Source of the DNA: Candidatus Micrarchaeota archaeon
GTDB taxonomy: Archaea; Micrarchaeota; Micrarchaeia; Anstonellales; Anstonellaceae
Direction: 5' to 3'
Length of the DNA: 64,000 bases
Assembly: GCA_018304295.1 (NCBI GenBank)
Contig: JAGVWK010000001.1
Coordinates: forward strand, 11,134 to 75,133
Positions 8,851 through 18,577 of this stretch are shown in pieces. The position numbers were made by a program, and so were the translations under genes. Under the pieces are notes generated by a model. It searched no databases, was not told where the DNA came from, and saw nothing but the letters and a program-made list of their open reading frames with translations. The stretch's first letter is position 1. The number at the start of each line of letters is the position of its first letter.

Positions 8851-9597
8851 TTACTCCACATCTATGCGGGGCGCAAGGTAATAGACTATTTTTGCGCTTT
8901 CCACGCCGTATTCTATTTTAACCGGCGCATTGCCCTTAAGGTTTATTGTGAGCGGCTCCATATCAGGGCATGCCTTTATGATGTCTTCAAGGTATTGGAG
9001 CGGGAAAGTCGCGCGCGAGGGCGACTGCACCGTAAGCTCAAGTATTTCCTCCGAGGTTTTTTCGCTTTCCACCTTCAGGTCCGCAAGCTCGCCATGCACT
9101 TCAACGTTGAAGCCGTTTTCGCTTGCGTCAAGGGTTATGTGGGAGGATACAAGCGCAGCATCGCGCAGCGTTTCCTTGAGCTGCCCGCCGGTTATCTTTA
9201 TGAGCGCGGAGTGCGCAATGGAGGGCTCCTTTTGCGCGCCCATTGGAAGCTCAAGTATGGGCACTTTGAAGCTTCTTTTGCGCTTTCCGCTTATGAACTT
9301 GAGCACGAGCTTGTTTTCCTCTTGCGTTACCTCAAGCTGCTCCTTGCCCCTTGTGCGCGCAAGGATTTTTATCAGGGAATCAAAATTTACGCCCACCCTG
9401 TGCAGGCCTTCCACGCTGTATTCGGTAAAAGCAGTGCTTGGCATGAAAAAGCTGATCATTGCTATCTGGGAGGTGTCCATTGCCCGCAAAGAGATGCCGT
9501 CCTTTGAAACTTCAAGCTGCCCCTCGTCAATAAGGTTAACTATCGCGTCAACCGCGTTCTTCCATTTTTTGGCATCCTCTACTACGAAACGGAACAT
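8851..9597 (-). CDS. pcn: DNA polymerase sliding clamp PCNA
   Basis: LRAMDTSQIAMI and C-terminal YYLAPRI. 248 aa. Confidence 0.96.
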   Translation of the reverse strand: MFRFVVEDAKKWKNAVDAIVNLIDEGQLEVSKDGISLRAMDTSQIAMISFFMPSTAFTEYSVEGLHRVGVNFDSLIKILARTRGKEQLEVTQEENKLVLKFISGKRKRSFKVPILELPMGAQKEPSIAHSALIKITGGQLKETLRDAALVSSHITLDASENGFNVEVHGELADLKVESEKTSEEILELTVQSPSRATFPLQYLEDIIKACPDMEPLTINLKGNAPVKIEYGVESAKIVYYLAPRIDVE

Positions 9598-9665
9598 AAA
9601 TTCACCCTCCCAGCCTTAATTATGCTGGTAAATTTTTAATGCAATCGCTTTTCTTGCTGCAGGCA

Positions 9666-10841
9666 TTATTGCCTGTAATAACTCTCGCAGTTCTCAACCG
9701 CAAGCGCAATTGAGGGGTTAAGCGGGCTTGAAAGCGCGAGCTTGAAAAACCCAAGATAGGGAAGCTTGAGCGCAACAACGCCCTTTACGCGTTCGCTTCC
9801 AAATGGCGAGTTCCCAATGGAGCGCGAGTAGTCATATACCTGCATGTCCGCAATCGGGTTGTTGTCCCCTTTTGTGATGTATTTTGTCTCGTTTGCGTAT
9901 GAGAAGCGGGCAACAATGCGGTGCACTATGTCTCCTGAGTATGAAAACAGGTCGCCCTTGTGCGGCTCGTATACCGCAATGTCCTGCGTTGGAATGAGCG
10001 CCTGCCCGCCAAATTTGATTTCCTTTACGCATATCTCGCGCGAAACAAGCGAGTTGCTTCCCTTTGCAATGCGTTCGCAGTATCCGTAGGCGAATTCCAG
10101 CTTCCCGTGGTGCTCTGCAAAGCCGGAAGCGTCATTTGAGAATTCAACGCAAAGCCGCTCTGTGGGGTGCGCAACGCAATAGGAGAAAATTGAGCCGTTG
10201 AAAGAGTAGGAATTGCCCGAATGCGTTACTGTTGCTGCCGGGGTGATGGTGTCAAAATCCTCTTTTGATAGCGCAATTGAGGGCGCATCCGTTTGGTCTG
10301 CCTTAAGAATGAGCAGGTCCCCCCGCTCAAGCGTTGGCACCATGGAGCAGGAAACAACGCCGTTAAATGGCACTTTTGTGCCAAGGAGCAAGCCTATCAA
10401 AAACCATATTGAAAGCGCCCATAATATTGCAAGCACTATTTCGCGCAGCTCGCTTTTAAGCCCGCCCTCAAGGTAGCCTGCAAAGGATTCCGCAAGCACT
10501 ATGAAAAACATCGTAAGGCCGATAAGAACAAGAAAGAGAAGGCTTAGCATTGCGCTGCTTTTAAGAAGCAAAAAAAGCACAAACGCCCCCGCAAGAACGT
10601 AATAGGAAATGCGCTTGTATTTTGAAAGCGTTGCGGCAAGCTTTTTTTCGCTTTCCGTCGGGCTCTTTTTTATGCCTGAAAGAAAGCGAGAGAGCAGCAG
10701 CCACAAGAGCCCCATTCCGGCAAGCGCCCCGAAAGCAAAAGTGTCTGCGGTTGCAAAAGTGTAAATGATGAGAACTGCAAAAAGCGCAAATTCGTAATTT
10801 TCACGAAGCAGGGAAATGTAAGGAGATTCTTTGCTGCCCAT
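9666..10841 (-). CDS. Signal peptidase I (Sec11/S26 type) with extra N-terminal TM helices
   Basis: VVSCSMVPTLERGD, DIVHRI and ITKGDNN motifs. Confidence 0.85.
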   Translation of the reverse strand: MGSKESPYISLLRENYEFALFAVLIIYTFATADTFAFGALAGMGLLWLLLSRFLSGIKKSPTESEKKLAATLSKYKRISYYVLAGAFVLFLLLKSSAMLSLLFLVLIGLTMFFIVLAESFAGYLEGGLKSELREIVLAILWALSIWFLIGLLLGTKVPFNGVVSCSMVPTLERGDLLILKADQTDAPSIALSKEDFDTITPAATVTHSGNSYSFNGSIFSYCVAHPTERLCVEFSNDASGFAEHHGKLEFAYGYCERIAKGSNSLVSREICVKEIKFGGQALIPTQDIAVYEPHKGDLFSYSGDIVHRIVARFSYANETKYITKGDNNPIADMQVYDYSRSIGNSPFGSERVKGVVALKLPYLGFFKLALSSPLNPSIALAVENCESYYRQ

Positions 10842-10867
10842 GTAATCGCTGCCCTGCGGGATTTAGG

Positions 10868-11167
10868 TTACTTTTTCTTCTTGGATTCTGAAGGCTTTTT
10901 GGCGCTTTTAAGCTCCTCCTTGAAGTCGCCTGCCATTTTGCGCAGCTTCTTTGAGGCGTCCTTTATTGCGGCAATGGGGGAGCCGCTTTTGGTGCGCACA
11001 AAAATGTGCGGCGAGGCGACCTGCGGGTGCGGCTGGAGCGCTGCCGCAAACGTTACGTTCTTGTCAAGTATGAGAAGCTCGCGCAGCGCGTTTGCAAAGC
11101 CCTGCTCCTCCCCTTCAAGCTCAAGCTCCACATAATTTTCTTCCTGTGCGATTATTTTCAGGTTCAT
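10868..11167 (-). CDS. rpoL: RNA polymerase subunit Rpo11 (L)
   Basis: GEEQGFANALRE...PHP motif. Follows csl4. Confidence 0.9.
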   Translation of the reverse strand: MNLKIIAQEENYVELELEGEEQGFANALRELLILDKNVTFAAALQPHPQVASPHIFVRTKSGSPIAAIKDASKKLRKMAGDFKEELKSAKKPSESKKKK

Positions 11168-11730
11168 ATGCTCACGCTCCTATAGTCTGATGCAAGTTTG
11201 CGGTTTTCCTTGTTGCCGCAGGATGAGCATGAAAGCGCGCCGCCCAAAAGCGCAAGAGGGTGGCGGCATTTTATGCAGAACGCCTTTAATACCCCGAATT
11301 CCGCCCCTTCGGTTGAAACGTGTATTTCCCCTTGGCGTATCTCGGAAATTTTTGCGCGCACAATGTCCCCTATGCGCAGCTCGTCGCGCACGTTTTTCAC
11401 AAAGCCGTCCTTTATGCGCGATGCGTGCAGCACGCAGTTGTCAGGCAGCTGCGCAAAGCGCACGTTGCCGCCCTGAATTGGAAGCACGCTTATGAGCGCT
11501 ATTGGCTCAACCACGTTTTCCACCCGCCCAAGAACTACTGAGCCGGAACGGAGGCTGGAAAGTAGGTTGCGCCTTGAAACGGAAAGTGAGCGGTCCTCCT
11601 CAGAAAGCATTCCTGCCGCGCTTGAGCGTATCTCTTCGCCCTCCACGTAGGTGCCAAGCCCGGGGACAAACTCCTCCTCCGTGCCCATGGATTCGCCGGG
11701 TATCACGTGTTTTCCTTTAATGTTTGCCAT
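11164..11730 (-). CDS. csl4: Exosome RNA-binding protein Csl4
   Basis: VIPGE..GTEEEF.PG.GTY, S1 domain (GDIVRAK) and Zn ribbon CxxC...CxxC ERKLA. Confidence 0.93.
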   Translation of the reverse strand: MANIKGKHVIPGESMGTEEEFVPGLGTYVEGEEIRSSAAGMLSEEDRSLSVSRRNLLSSLRSGSVVLGRVENVVEPIALISVLPIQGGNVRFAQLPDNCVLHASRIKDGFVKNVRDELRIGDIVRAKISEIRQGEIHVSTEGAEFGVLKAFCIKCRHPLALLGGALSCSSCGNKENRKLASDYRSVSI

Positions 11731-11818
11731 TTTACCAGCCCAAAATTAGCGCAACTGCCAAAATCTACTGCATTGAATCCTCAATAAATATTTAAATAGC
11801 TTTACCCCAATTCACCTC

Positions 11819-13057
11819 ATGGTCAAAAAGAGCAAGCTTGTGCTTTGCATTGACAGGGATAACGATTTATACGAGAAGGCAAAGATATCCGGGCCCGTGA
11901 TAGGCAGGGAGGCGAACTTTGAGGCTGCAAACAAGCTCATAATGGCGGACGCAAGCGAAGTGGATGCGAATGCTATGTTCCGCGCAGTAAAGCTTTACGA
12001 CGAGCTTTTAAAGGAATACAACGTGCAGATAGCCACGCTTACGGGCAACGCGAAGCTTGGGATAGCGGCTGACAACGAGGTGTCCGAGCAGCTTGAGCGC
12101 GTATTGGCGGAATTCCCCGCAGAAAGCTGCATTTTCGTGTCAGACGGGGCGTCGGACGAGCAGATGATGCCAATAATCCGCTCAAGGCTGAAAATTGATT
12201 CTGTTGACCTGCTTGTGATAAAACAGGCAAAGGAGCTTGAGAAGACGTACGTTGTGCTGCTTGACAAGCTCAAGGACCCGTATTTCGCGCGGCTGTTTTT
12301 CGGCGTGCCCGCGATTATTTTGCTGCTTTTGGCAGTTTCAAGGTGGATGGAGCTTGGATGGGAGCCCGTAGTGTTCATTGTGGGGCTGTTCCTTCTCATA
12401 CGCGGCTTTGGGATAGACGACAAAGTGTCCGGTGTTTTCAGCAGCTTCAAGTTTTCCATTGAGAACATAAGCCTTAGCATTTACCTGCTTGCGTTCGTGT
12501 TTTTCATAATATCAATAGGAATAGGATATCAGGGGTACGAGCAGGCGCGCGCGGAAAGGCTTGATTTGGTGAAAACAATTGCCGCTGCAATGCGCAGCAC
12601 TCTGCTGCTTCTTCCTTGGTCAGTACTGCTTCTGATAATAGGCAGGACCGTTGATTTGCTCAATGACGGCAGGAAGCTTGAAATAAGCAAATTCGGCCTC
12701 TACGCGGTTTCAACCGTGCTTCTTTGGCTCATACTCTCAGTTGCGACCGACTGGGTGCTCAATACCGGGGAGCCATACGTATCTTTTGGGGATTTTGCGT
12801 TTGTGATAGTGGCAAGCGTGGTGTTTGCAGCCCTTAGCTCTCACGTGCTGCGGCTGATAAAAATAAGCGTTGTGGGAAAAATGAAGCTCGAGAACAAGGA
12901 AATGTTCACTGACACCGGCGTGTACATGGGCAAGGTGATAGGCGTGGATGCCAAAAACTCCGCCATTGTTGTGCGCTCGCCCTTGGGGCAGAAATTCAAC
13001 GTTGGGCTTGACATTGTGAACGCCGTTACGGATAGGATTTACGTAAGCTACGGCTGA
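11819..13057 (+). CDS. DUF373-family membrane protein with C-terminal PRC-barrel-like domain
   Basis: LVLCIDRDND, VSDGASDE and VIKQ..LE.TY motifs, multiple TM helices, and C-terminal TDTGVYMGKV. Confidence 0.8.
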   Translation: MVKKSKLVLCIDRDNDLYEKAKISGPVIGREANFEAANKLIMADASEVDANAMFRAVKLYDELLKEYNVQIATLTGNAKLGIAADNEVSEQLERVLAEFPAESCIFVSDGASDEQMMPIIRSRLKIDSVDLLVIKQAKELEKTYVVLLDKLKDPYFARLFFGVPAIILLLLAVSRWMELGWEPVVFIVGLFLLIRGFGIDDKVSGVFSSFKFSIENISLSIYLLAFVFFIISIGIGYQGYEQARAERLDLVKTIAAAMRSTLLLLPWSVLLLIIGRTVDLLNDGRKLEISKFGLYAVSTVLLWLILSVATDWVLNTGEPYVSFGDFAFVIVASVVFAALSSHVLRLIKISVVGKMKLENKEMFTDTGVYMGKVIGVDAKNSAIVVRSPLGQKFNVGLDIVNAVTDRIYVSYG

Positions 13058-13097
13058 GCATACCATTGTGGAAATCGTTTTCCTGTTCGTTCCTGTG

Positions 13098-13135
13098 CGT
13101 GAATTACCCACGGCTTCAGCCGTGGGTAATTCACG
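13098..13135. repeat. Perfect 18-bp-arm palindrome resembling an IS200/IS605 end hairpin
   Basis: CGTGAATTACCCACGGCT-TC-AGCCGTGGGTAATTCACG. Confidence 0.85.
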
Positions 13136-13388
13136 TATATGGATGTTATTTCCCTTGAGCTGCGCTCTACTGCGTCTCTTGTATCGCGCACCTGCCGGCT
13201 CCTGTCCGGTGGGCTGAAAGCAGGCGGCACATATGTTATTGCTTGCATGTGCTATTTATGGCAGTTTATGAATTTAAATGTATGCCTCAAAAGCGCATGC
13301 GCAAAGCGCTGGAAAAACCCGACCGGAAAGCCGCTTGCACAAAGCCGCTTGCGAATTGTTTATTTACCAAGGCTGCGCAAATATTGCC

Positions 13389-15368
13389 ATGGCGCTTTTC
13401 TCAAGCCTGCAAAAGTATTCCCTTGAATGTGGCTACTCTCCGGCAGGGGACCAGCCGCAGGCAATTGAAAAGCTCGTGCAGGGAGTGCAAAGAGGTGAAT
13501 TGCAGACGCTGCTTGGGGTTACGGGTTCCGGGAAAACCTTCACTATTGCAAACGTGCTTGAGAAAACAGGCAAGACCGCGCTTGTCATCTCGCACAACAA
13601 GACGCTGGCTGCGCAGCTGTATTATGAGTTCCAGAATTTTTTCCCAAAAAACAAGGTCGGGTATTTTGTTTCCTTTTACGACTATTACCAGCCCGAAAGC
13701 TACATACCGCAGACTGACACCTACATAGAAAAGGACGCGCAGGCAAATGAGAAGATTGAGAAAATGCGCCTTGCTGCAACCGCAAACCTCTTTACGCCGG
13801 GTCCAAGCGTGATAGTTTCCACCGTTTCCTGCATCTACGGGCTTGGCTCGCCGCAGGAGTGGCAGGGCATGTCGGCTGTTTTTGAAAAGGGAAGCGTTGT
13901 GCCCCGCTCATCTTTGCTTGCAAAGCTCATTTCAATGCAATACGAGCGCAATGATGTTGAGCTCAAAAGCGGCACGTTTAGGGCAAGGGGGGACACGGTG
14001 GAAGTGGTGCCGGGCTATACTGACGAGGTAGTGCGCATATCCCTTGACGGGGACACCATTGAAAAAATAACCGTGTGCGAGCCCGTCTCAATGGATGCAA
14101 AAGTGAGCGTGCAAAGCATCCGCATATTCCCTGCGCGCCATTACATGGTGCCCGAGGGCGAAAAGCAAAAGGCGCTGCGCAACATACGTGTTGAGCTGGA
14201 AGGGCGGCTTTTGGAGCTTGGGGACCTTGAGGCGCACCGGCTTAAGACACGGACGAATTACGACCTTGAGCTTATAGAGGAGCTTGGGTACTGCAACGGA
14301 ATAGAGAACTATTCCATGCATTTTGACGGAAGAAGCCCGGGGCAGCCGCCCTATACGCTCATGGACTTTTTGCCCAAGGATGCGCTCATTGTAATTGACG
14401 AGTCGCACGTAACCCTGCCACAATTGCATGGGATGTACAAGGGCGATTACACAAGGAAAAAGTCCCTTGTGGAATACGGCTTTCGCCTCCCGTGCGCATT
14501 TGACAACCGCCCGCTGAAATTTGAGGAGTTTGAAAAATATCTTAAAAATGCGATTTTTGTTTCTGCTACGCCGGCAGAATATGAAAGGGCAAAAAGCGCG
14601 CACATAGTTGAGCAGCTTGTGCGCCCCACGGGCCTTGTGGACCCTCAAATAGAGGTGCGCAAAACGCATGGGCAAATGGAAAACCTCATAGGGGAGGTGA
14701 GGGCAAGGGCACAGAAAAACGAGCGCACCCTGATAACGACCATTACAAAAAGGATGGCTGAGGACCTTACGGATTATCTTGCGTCGCACGGGGTAAATGT
14801 GCGCTACTTGCATTCCGAAGTGGAAACTTTGCAGCGCACTGAAATAATACGCCAGCTTAGATTGGGGGAGTTTGACTGCCTTGTGGGGATAAATTTGCTG
14901 CGCGAGGGGCTTGACATACCCGAAGTTTCCCTTGTTGCGATTCTGGATGCCGACAAGGAAGGGTTTTTGAGGACGGATATTTCCCTTATACAAACATCCG
15001 GCAGGGCTGCGCGCAATGCCGGCGGCTTTGTGATAATGTATGCGGACAGGATTACGGGCGCAATGCAAAAGGCGATTGAAGAGACCGGAAGAAGAAGGGC
15101 AGTGCAGGTTGAATACAACAGGGAACACGGGATTGTGCCGCGCACAATACAAAAGGCAATTGCGCCAAAAAGCGTGGAGCTGAAAGTTGGAAAGCACCTC
15201 TCAAAGCCGGAATTGAACAGGCTTGCAATAGAGCTTGAGGCAAAAATGAAATCCGCTGCCGAGGAGCTGGACTTTGAAGAGGCGATAAAGGCGCGCGAGG
15301 GGCTTGCGCAGATAAACGGGATGCTGGAGGAAAAGGAGGAAGGCAGGAAGCACAAAAAAGCAAAATAA
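13389..15368 (+). CDS. uvrB: Excinuclease ABC subunit B
   Basis: GVTGSGKT, DYYQPESY, DESH, GINLLREGLD and a C-terminal UVR domain. Confidence 0.97.
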   Translation: MALFSSLQKYSLECGYSPAGDQPQAIEKLVQGVQRGELQTLLGVTGSGKTFTIANVLEKTGKTALVISHNKTLAAQLYYEFQNFFPKNKVGYFVSFYDYYQPESYIPQTDTYIEKDAQANEKIEKMRLAATANLFTPGPSVIVSTVSCIYGLGSPQEWQGMSAVFEKGSVVPRSSLLAKLISMQYERNDVELKSGTFRARGDTVEVVPGYTDEVVRISLDGDTIEKITVCEPVSMDAKVSVQSIRIFPARHYMVPEGEKQKALRNIRVELEGRLLELGDLEAHRLKTRTNYDLELIEELGYCNGIENYSMHFDGRSPGQPPYTLMDFLPKDALIVIDESHVTLPQLHGMYKGDYTRKKSLVEYGFRLPCAFDNRPLKFEEFEKYLKNAIFVSATPAEYERAKSAHIVEQLVRPTGLVDPQIEVRKTHGQMENLIGEVRARAQKNERTLITTITKRMAEDLTDYLASHGVNVRYLHSEVETLQRTEIIRQLRLGEFDCLVGINLLREGLDIPEVSLVAILDADKEGFLRTDISLIQTSGRAARNAGGFVIMYADRITGAMQKAIEETGRRRAVQVEYNREHGIVPRTIQKAIAPKSVELKVGKHLSKPELNRLAIELEAKMKSAAEELDFEEAIKAREGLAQINGMLEEKEEGRKHKKAK

Positions 15369-15383
15369 TGAAAGGAATTATAA

Positions 15384-15947
15384 ATGTCGGCGCAAAGTGC
15401 TTTTCATATGGCAAAAAAACCCGCCAAAAAGCCGGCCGGCAGCAAATATGCGGGCGCTGCAAAAAGTCGGGCTATTGGGCACGCGCCCAAAAACAAGGGC
15501 AAGAGCTGGGGAAAAAAGCCGCTTAAAAGCGGGTATAAGCGCCTTGGGATGCTCGTTGCGCTTGCAATGGCTGTTTCGCTTCTTGAGGTTGCGCTTATTT
15601 TTGCGCGCATCCTGCCCCCTATTGCTTCGTATTCGTGGGGCAACGTGCTTTTCATGCTTGCAAGGATAGGCATTGTAGTTTACACAGGAGTTGCATTTGC
15701 AAAGCCGGACTTGAGGGTCTCATTCATAAACGGTGCGACGGTTTCCTTTGCAGCCTCCTTTGCGATGTGCGTTGGCGCAATAGTCGGATTTTTGCATGTG
15801 CACAAGCCCGTGCTTGGAATTGTTATATGGGACAGCGGTTTCCTGCAAATCCTTATTGTGATTATAATGGCAGCCAACACGCTGATAGGGACGCTTATTG
15901 CAGGGATTGCCGGATGGGTTGCAAGAAAGGCAGGGATTGTTAAGTAG
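15384..15947 (+). CDS. Hypothetical membrane protein with Lys-rich N-terminus
   Basis: Four hydrophobic segments follow a basic low-complexity leader. Confidence 0.65.
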   Translation: MSAQSAFHMAKKPAKKPAGSKYAGAAKSRAIGHAPKNKGKSWGKKPLKSGYKRLGMLVALAMAVSLLEVALIFARILPPIASYSWGNVLFMLARIGIVVYTGVAFAKPDLRVSFINGATVSFAASFAMCVGAIVGFLHVHKPVLGIVIWDSGFLQILIVIIMAANTLIGTLIAGIAGWVARKAGIVK

Positions 15948-15968
15948 GAATTGGCGGCTTTATGGGGT

Positions 15969-17003
15969 TTATTGCTGCTGCGCATTTTCAGCAGCGCGGC
16001 GCACGCGCTCCATTACCGCCCGCCCTGCGCCCTTTTCCTCTATTTCGCAAAAATATATGCGCCCGTATTTTTTCTCTGAGTCGCGCAGCGCCTCAAAAAG
16101 CCGGTGCGCGGCATCCTGCCCGTCGCGAAAATGCAAAAAATACTGGAATTGGCCTGCAAGCTGCGCAACTATTTCCTTTGGGAAGTTCGGCCCGAAAAAA
16201 AGCGCGCGGCTTTCCCCCGGCTTAAGGCCAGATGCAAAAGTGCGAAAGTCCTTTTCTTTCACGATTATTACGGGCACCGAGGGTGCATAGTGGCGGTACT
16301 TTGTGCCCGGGGAAAGCGCCGGCGACTGCTCCCCGTGCACGCCCCTTGCGATTTTCACGCCCGCAAGCAGTTTTTGCAGCTTTTCAAACGGGAAGCCCCC
16401 TAGGCGAAGCACTAAAGGCGTGCCCGCAAGGGACACCACTGTTGATTCAACCCCTATTTTCGCGCGCCCGCCGTCAAGTATGAGCTGCACTTTTTCCCCG
16501 AAATCCTCAAGCACGTGCGCCGCGCTTGTGGGGGAGGGGCGGCCTGAAACGTTTGCGCTTGGGGCTGCGATTGGAACGCCCGCCCTCCTTATGAGCGCAA
16601 GCGCGGTTTTCTCGGCGGGCATGCGCACCGCAACAGTCCCAAGCCCGCCGCTCACAATGGAGGGTATTGCGCTTTTTTTCTCAAATATTATCGTAAGTGG
16701 GCCAGGCCAGCATTTTTTTGCAAGCAGAAGGGATTTGGGGCTCGTGTGCGCAATTTTTTGCAGCATGCGCAGGGAGCAGATATGCACTATGAGGGGATTG
16801 TCCGCAGGGCGGCCCTTCAGGGAGAAGATTTTTTCAACCGCCTTTGCATCAAGGGCGTTTGCGCCAAGCCCGTAAACTGTTTCCGTGGGGAAAGCGACCA
16901 CTTCGCCCTCCAGTATCAGCCTTGCTGCCAGGCTTATGGACGCGCTGCTGGGCTTCATGACAGCTGTTGTGTTTTCTTGGGCGCCTTTTGCTTTCATGGG
17001 CAT
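15969..17003 (-). CDS. sua5: Threonylcarbamoyl-AMP synthase Sua5
   Basis: FPTETVYGLGA, KGRPADNPLIVH, APSAN.SG and PGTKYRHYAP motifs. Confidence 0.95.
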   Translation of the reverse strand: MPMKAKGAQENTTAVMKPSSASISLAARLILEGEVVAFPTETVYGLGANALDAKAVEKIFSLKGRPADNPLIVHICSLRMLQKIAHTSPKSLLLAKKCWPGPLTIIFEKKSAIPSIVSGGLGTVAVRMPAEKTALALIRRAGVPIAAPSANVSGRPSPTSAAHVLEDFGEKVQLILDGGRAKIGVESTVVSLAGTPLVLRLGGFPFEKLQKLLAGVKIARGVHGEQSPALSPGTKYRHYAPSVPVIIVKEKDFRTFASGLKPGESRALFFGPNFPKEIVAQLAGQFQYFLHFRDGQDAAHRLFEALRDSEKKYGRIYFCEIEEKGAGRAVMERVRRAAENAQQQ

Positions 17004-17107
17004 ATTTTGAGGGTTAATTATTTATCCTATTGCCCCGGATGCCCATGGGATGCCAGTGGGTTTTTATTGCCCGCTTCCCATAAGGATGTGTTATTTTTGG
17101 CGGTTTT

Positions 17108-18565
17108 ATGCGCACGGATATAGAAAGGCTGAATGCTGCGGGGCTGCGCCTTGCAAGCGACGCGCACCAGCTTCTTGAAGGCAGGGCGGATGCAAAGGAG
17201 ATAGTGGACAGGCTGCTTGGCGCAAACCTTGTTTTTGTTTCAAAAGAGGACGTTGAAAAGGAGATGGCGCAGCAAAGCAAGATTCCAATGCCGGTTGAGG
17301 TGGCAAGGGAGCCGTCTTTTAAGCCGGCTGCAAAAGACCTGCAGCCGCACGTCAAGGTGGTGCAGGACGAGGACGTGAGCGGAAAATCCCGCTGCAGGGG
17401 CACAATGGACGATTTTGTTTCGTATTTTCGCAACCGATTTGAGCGCATGCGCAGCCTTCTTCGCACCCGCACAACAACAAACCCGTTTGTGAAAACAACG
17501 AACCTTAAGCGCAATCTCTTCCAAAAGGGCGTGCTTGTTGCAATGGTGATTGAAAAGCGCATCACAAAAAAAGGCGACATGGTGATAGAGGTTGAGGATG
17601 ACGAGGGGCAGGCGCTTGTTTTTGTGAGCGCAAAGGAAAAATGCTTCAAGGATGCAAAAGGGCTCCTTAACGACGACGTTGTCGCGTTTGAGGGGAAAAT
17701 AACCGAAACCTTCCTTATTGCGGAGGGCATAATGTGGCCTGACCTGCCTGTCCTGAAGGAACGAAGCTATGCGAAAAACGACGTTGCAATAGTGTATTTG
17801 TCGGATTTGCACATAGGAAGCAAGTTTTTCCTTGAAAAGGAATTCCTCAGGTTTGTTTCATGGCTTAAGGGAAACGAGGGCAATGAGCAGCTTGCGGGCA
17901 AGGTGAAATACATTGAGATAGCCGGGGACATTGTGGACGGGATAGGAGTGTACCCATCGCAGGAAAAAGAGCTTGTTGTTCGCGACATATTCAAGCAGTA
18001 TGACATGTTCGCAAGGCTCATGGAAGAGATACCGGATTATATCACCATAATTGCGTCGCCGGGAAACCACGACGCGGTAAGAAGGGCTGAGCCGCAGCCG
18101 CAGCTTCCTTCCGACATACTAAAGGAATCGCGCGTGCTTTCGGTTGGCAGCCCCTCACGCCTTGACATAGAGGGCATGAGGCACCTTGTCTACCATGGGA
18201 CGTCCCTTGATTCCATAATTTCAGGCATTTGTGGCCTGTCGTATTCAAAGCCCGAAGAGCCCATGCTTGAGCTGCTCAAAAGAAGGCACCTTTCCCCGGT
18301 ATATGGAAGCAACCCGATAGTGCCTGAAGGAAGGGATTATATGGTGATAAACGACGAGCCGGACGTTGTGCACATGGGGCACATACACAAGAACGGCTCA
18401 ATGCTTTACCGCGGCACATTGCTGCTGAACTCCGGCACGTTTCAGGCGCGCACTGAGTTCCAGATAAGGATGGGGCACGTCCCCTCTCCGTGCATTGTGC
18501 CAATACTTGAGGCGCAAAGCGGAAAGCTCACGCACATTTCATTCAAGGCGGAGGAAAGCAAATAA
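17108..18565 (+). CDS. polB: DNA polymerase D small subunit DP1
   Basis: SDLHIGS, GDIVDGIGVYP, PGNHD, YHG and GHIH motifs. Confidence 0.95.
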   Translation: MRTDIERLNAAGLRLASDAHQLLEGRADAKEIVDRLLGANLVFVSKEDVEKEMAQQSKIPMPVEVAREPSFKPAAKDLQPHVKVVQDEDVSGKSRCRGTMDDFVSYFRNRFERMRSLLRTRTTTNPFVKTTNLKRNLFQKGVLVAMVIEKRITKKGDMVIEVEDDEGQALVFVSAKEKCFKDAKGLLNDDVVAFEGKITETFLIAEGIMWPDLPVLKERSYAKNDVAIVYLSDLHIGSKFFLEKEFLRFVSWLKGNEGNEQLAGKVKYIEIAGDIVDGIGVYPSQEKELVVRDIFKQYDMFARLMEEIPDYITIIASPGNHDAVRRAEPQPQLPSDILKESRVLSVGSPSRLDIEGMRHLVYHGTSLDSIISGICGLSYSKPEEPMLELLKRRHLSPVYGSNPIVPEGRDYMVINDEPDVVHMGHIHKNGSMLYRGTLLLNSGTFQARTEFQIRMGHVPSPCIVPILEAQSGKLTHISFKAEESK

Positions 18566-18577
18566 GCGGATGAAAAT

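Noticed and set aside
13048-13248. 66-aa minus-strand ORF containing VNYPRLKPW
   Set aside because: That peptide is just the translation of the IS200/IS605-type palindrome, so the ORF is likely spurious.
14088-15197. Long antisense ORFs (369 aa here, and many others opposite core genes)
   Set aside because: These are shadow ORFs of well-identified genes, caused by codon bias that leaves few antisense stops.
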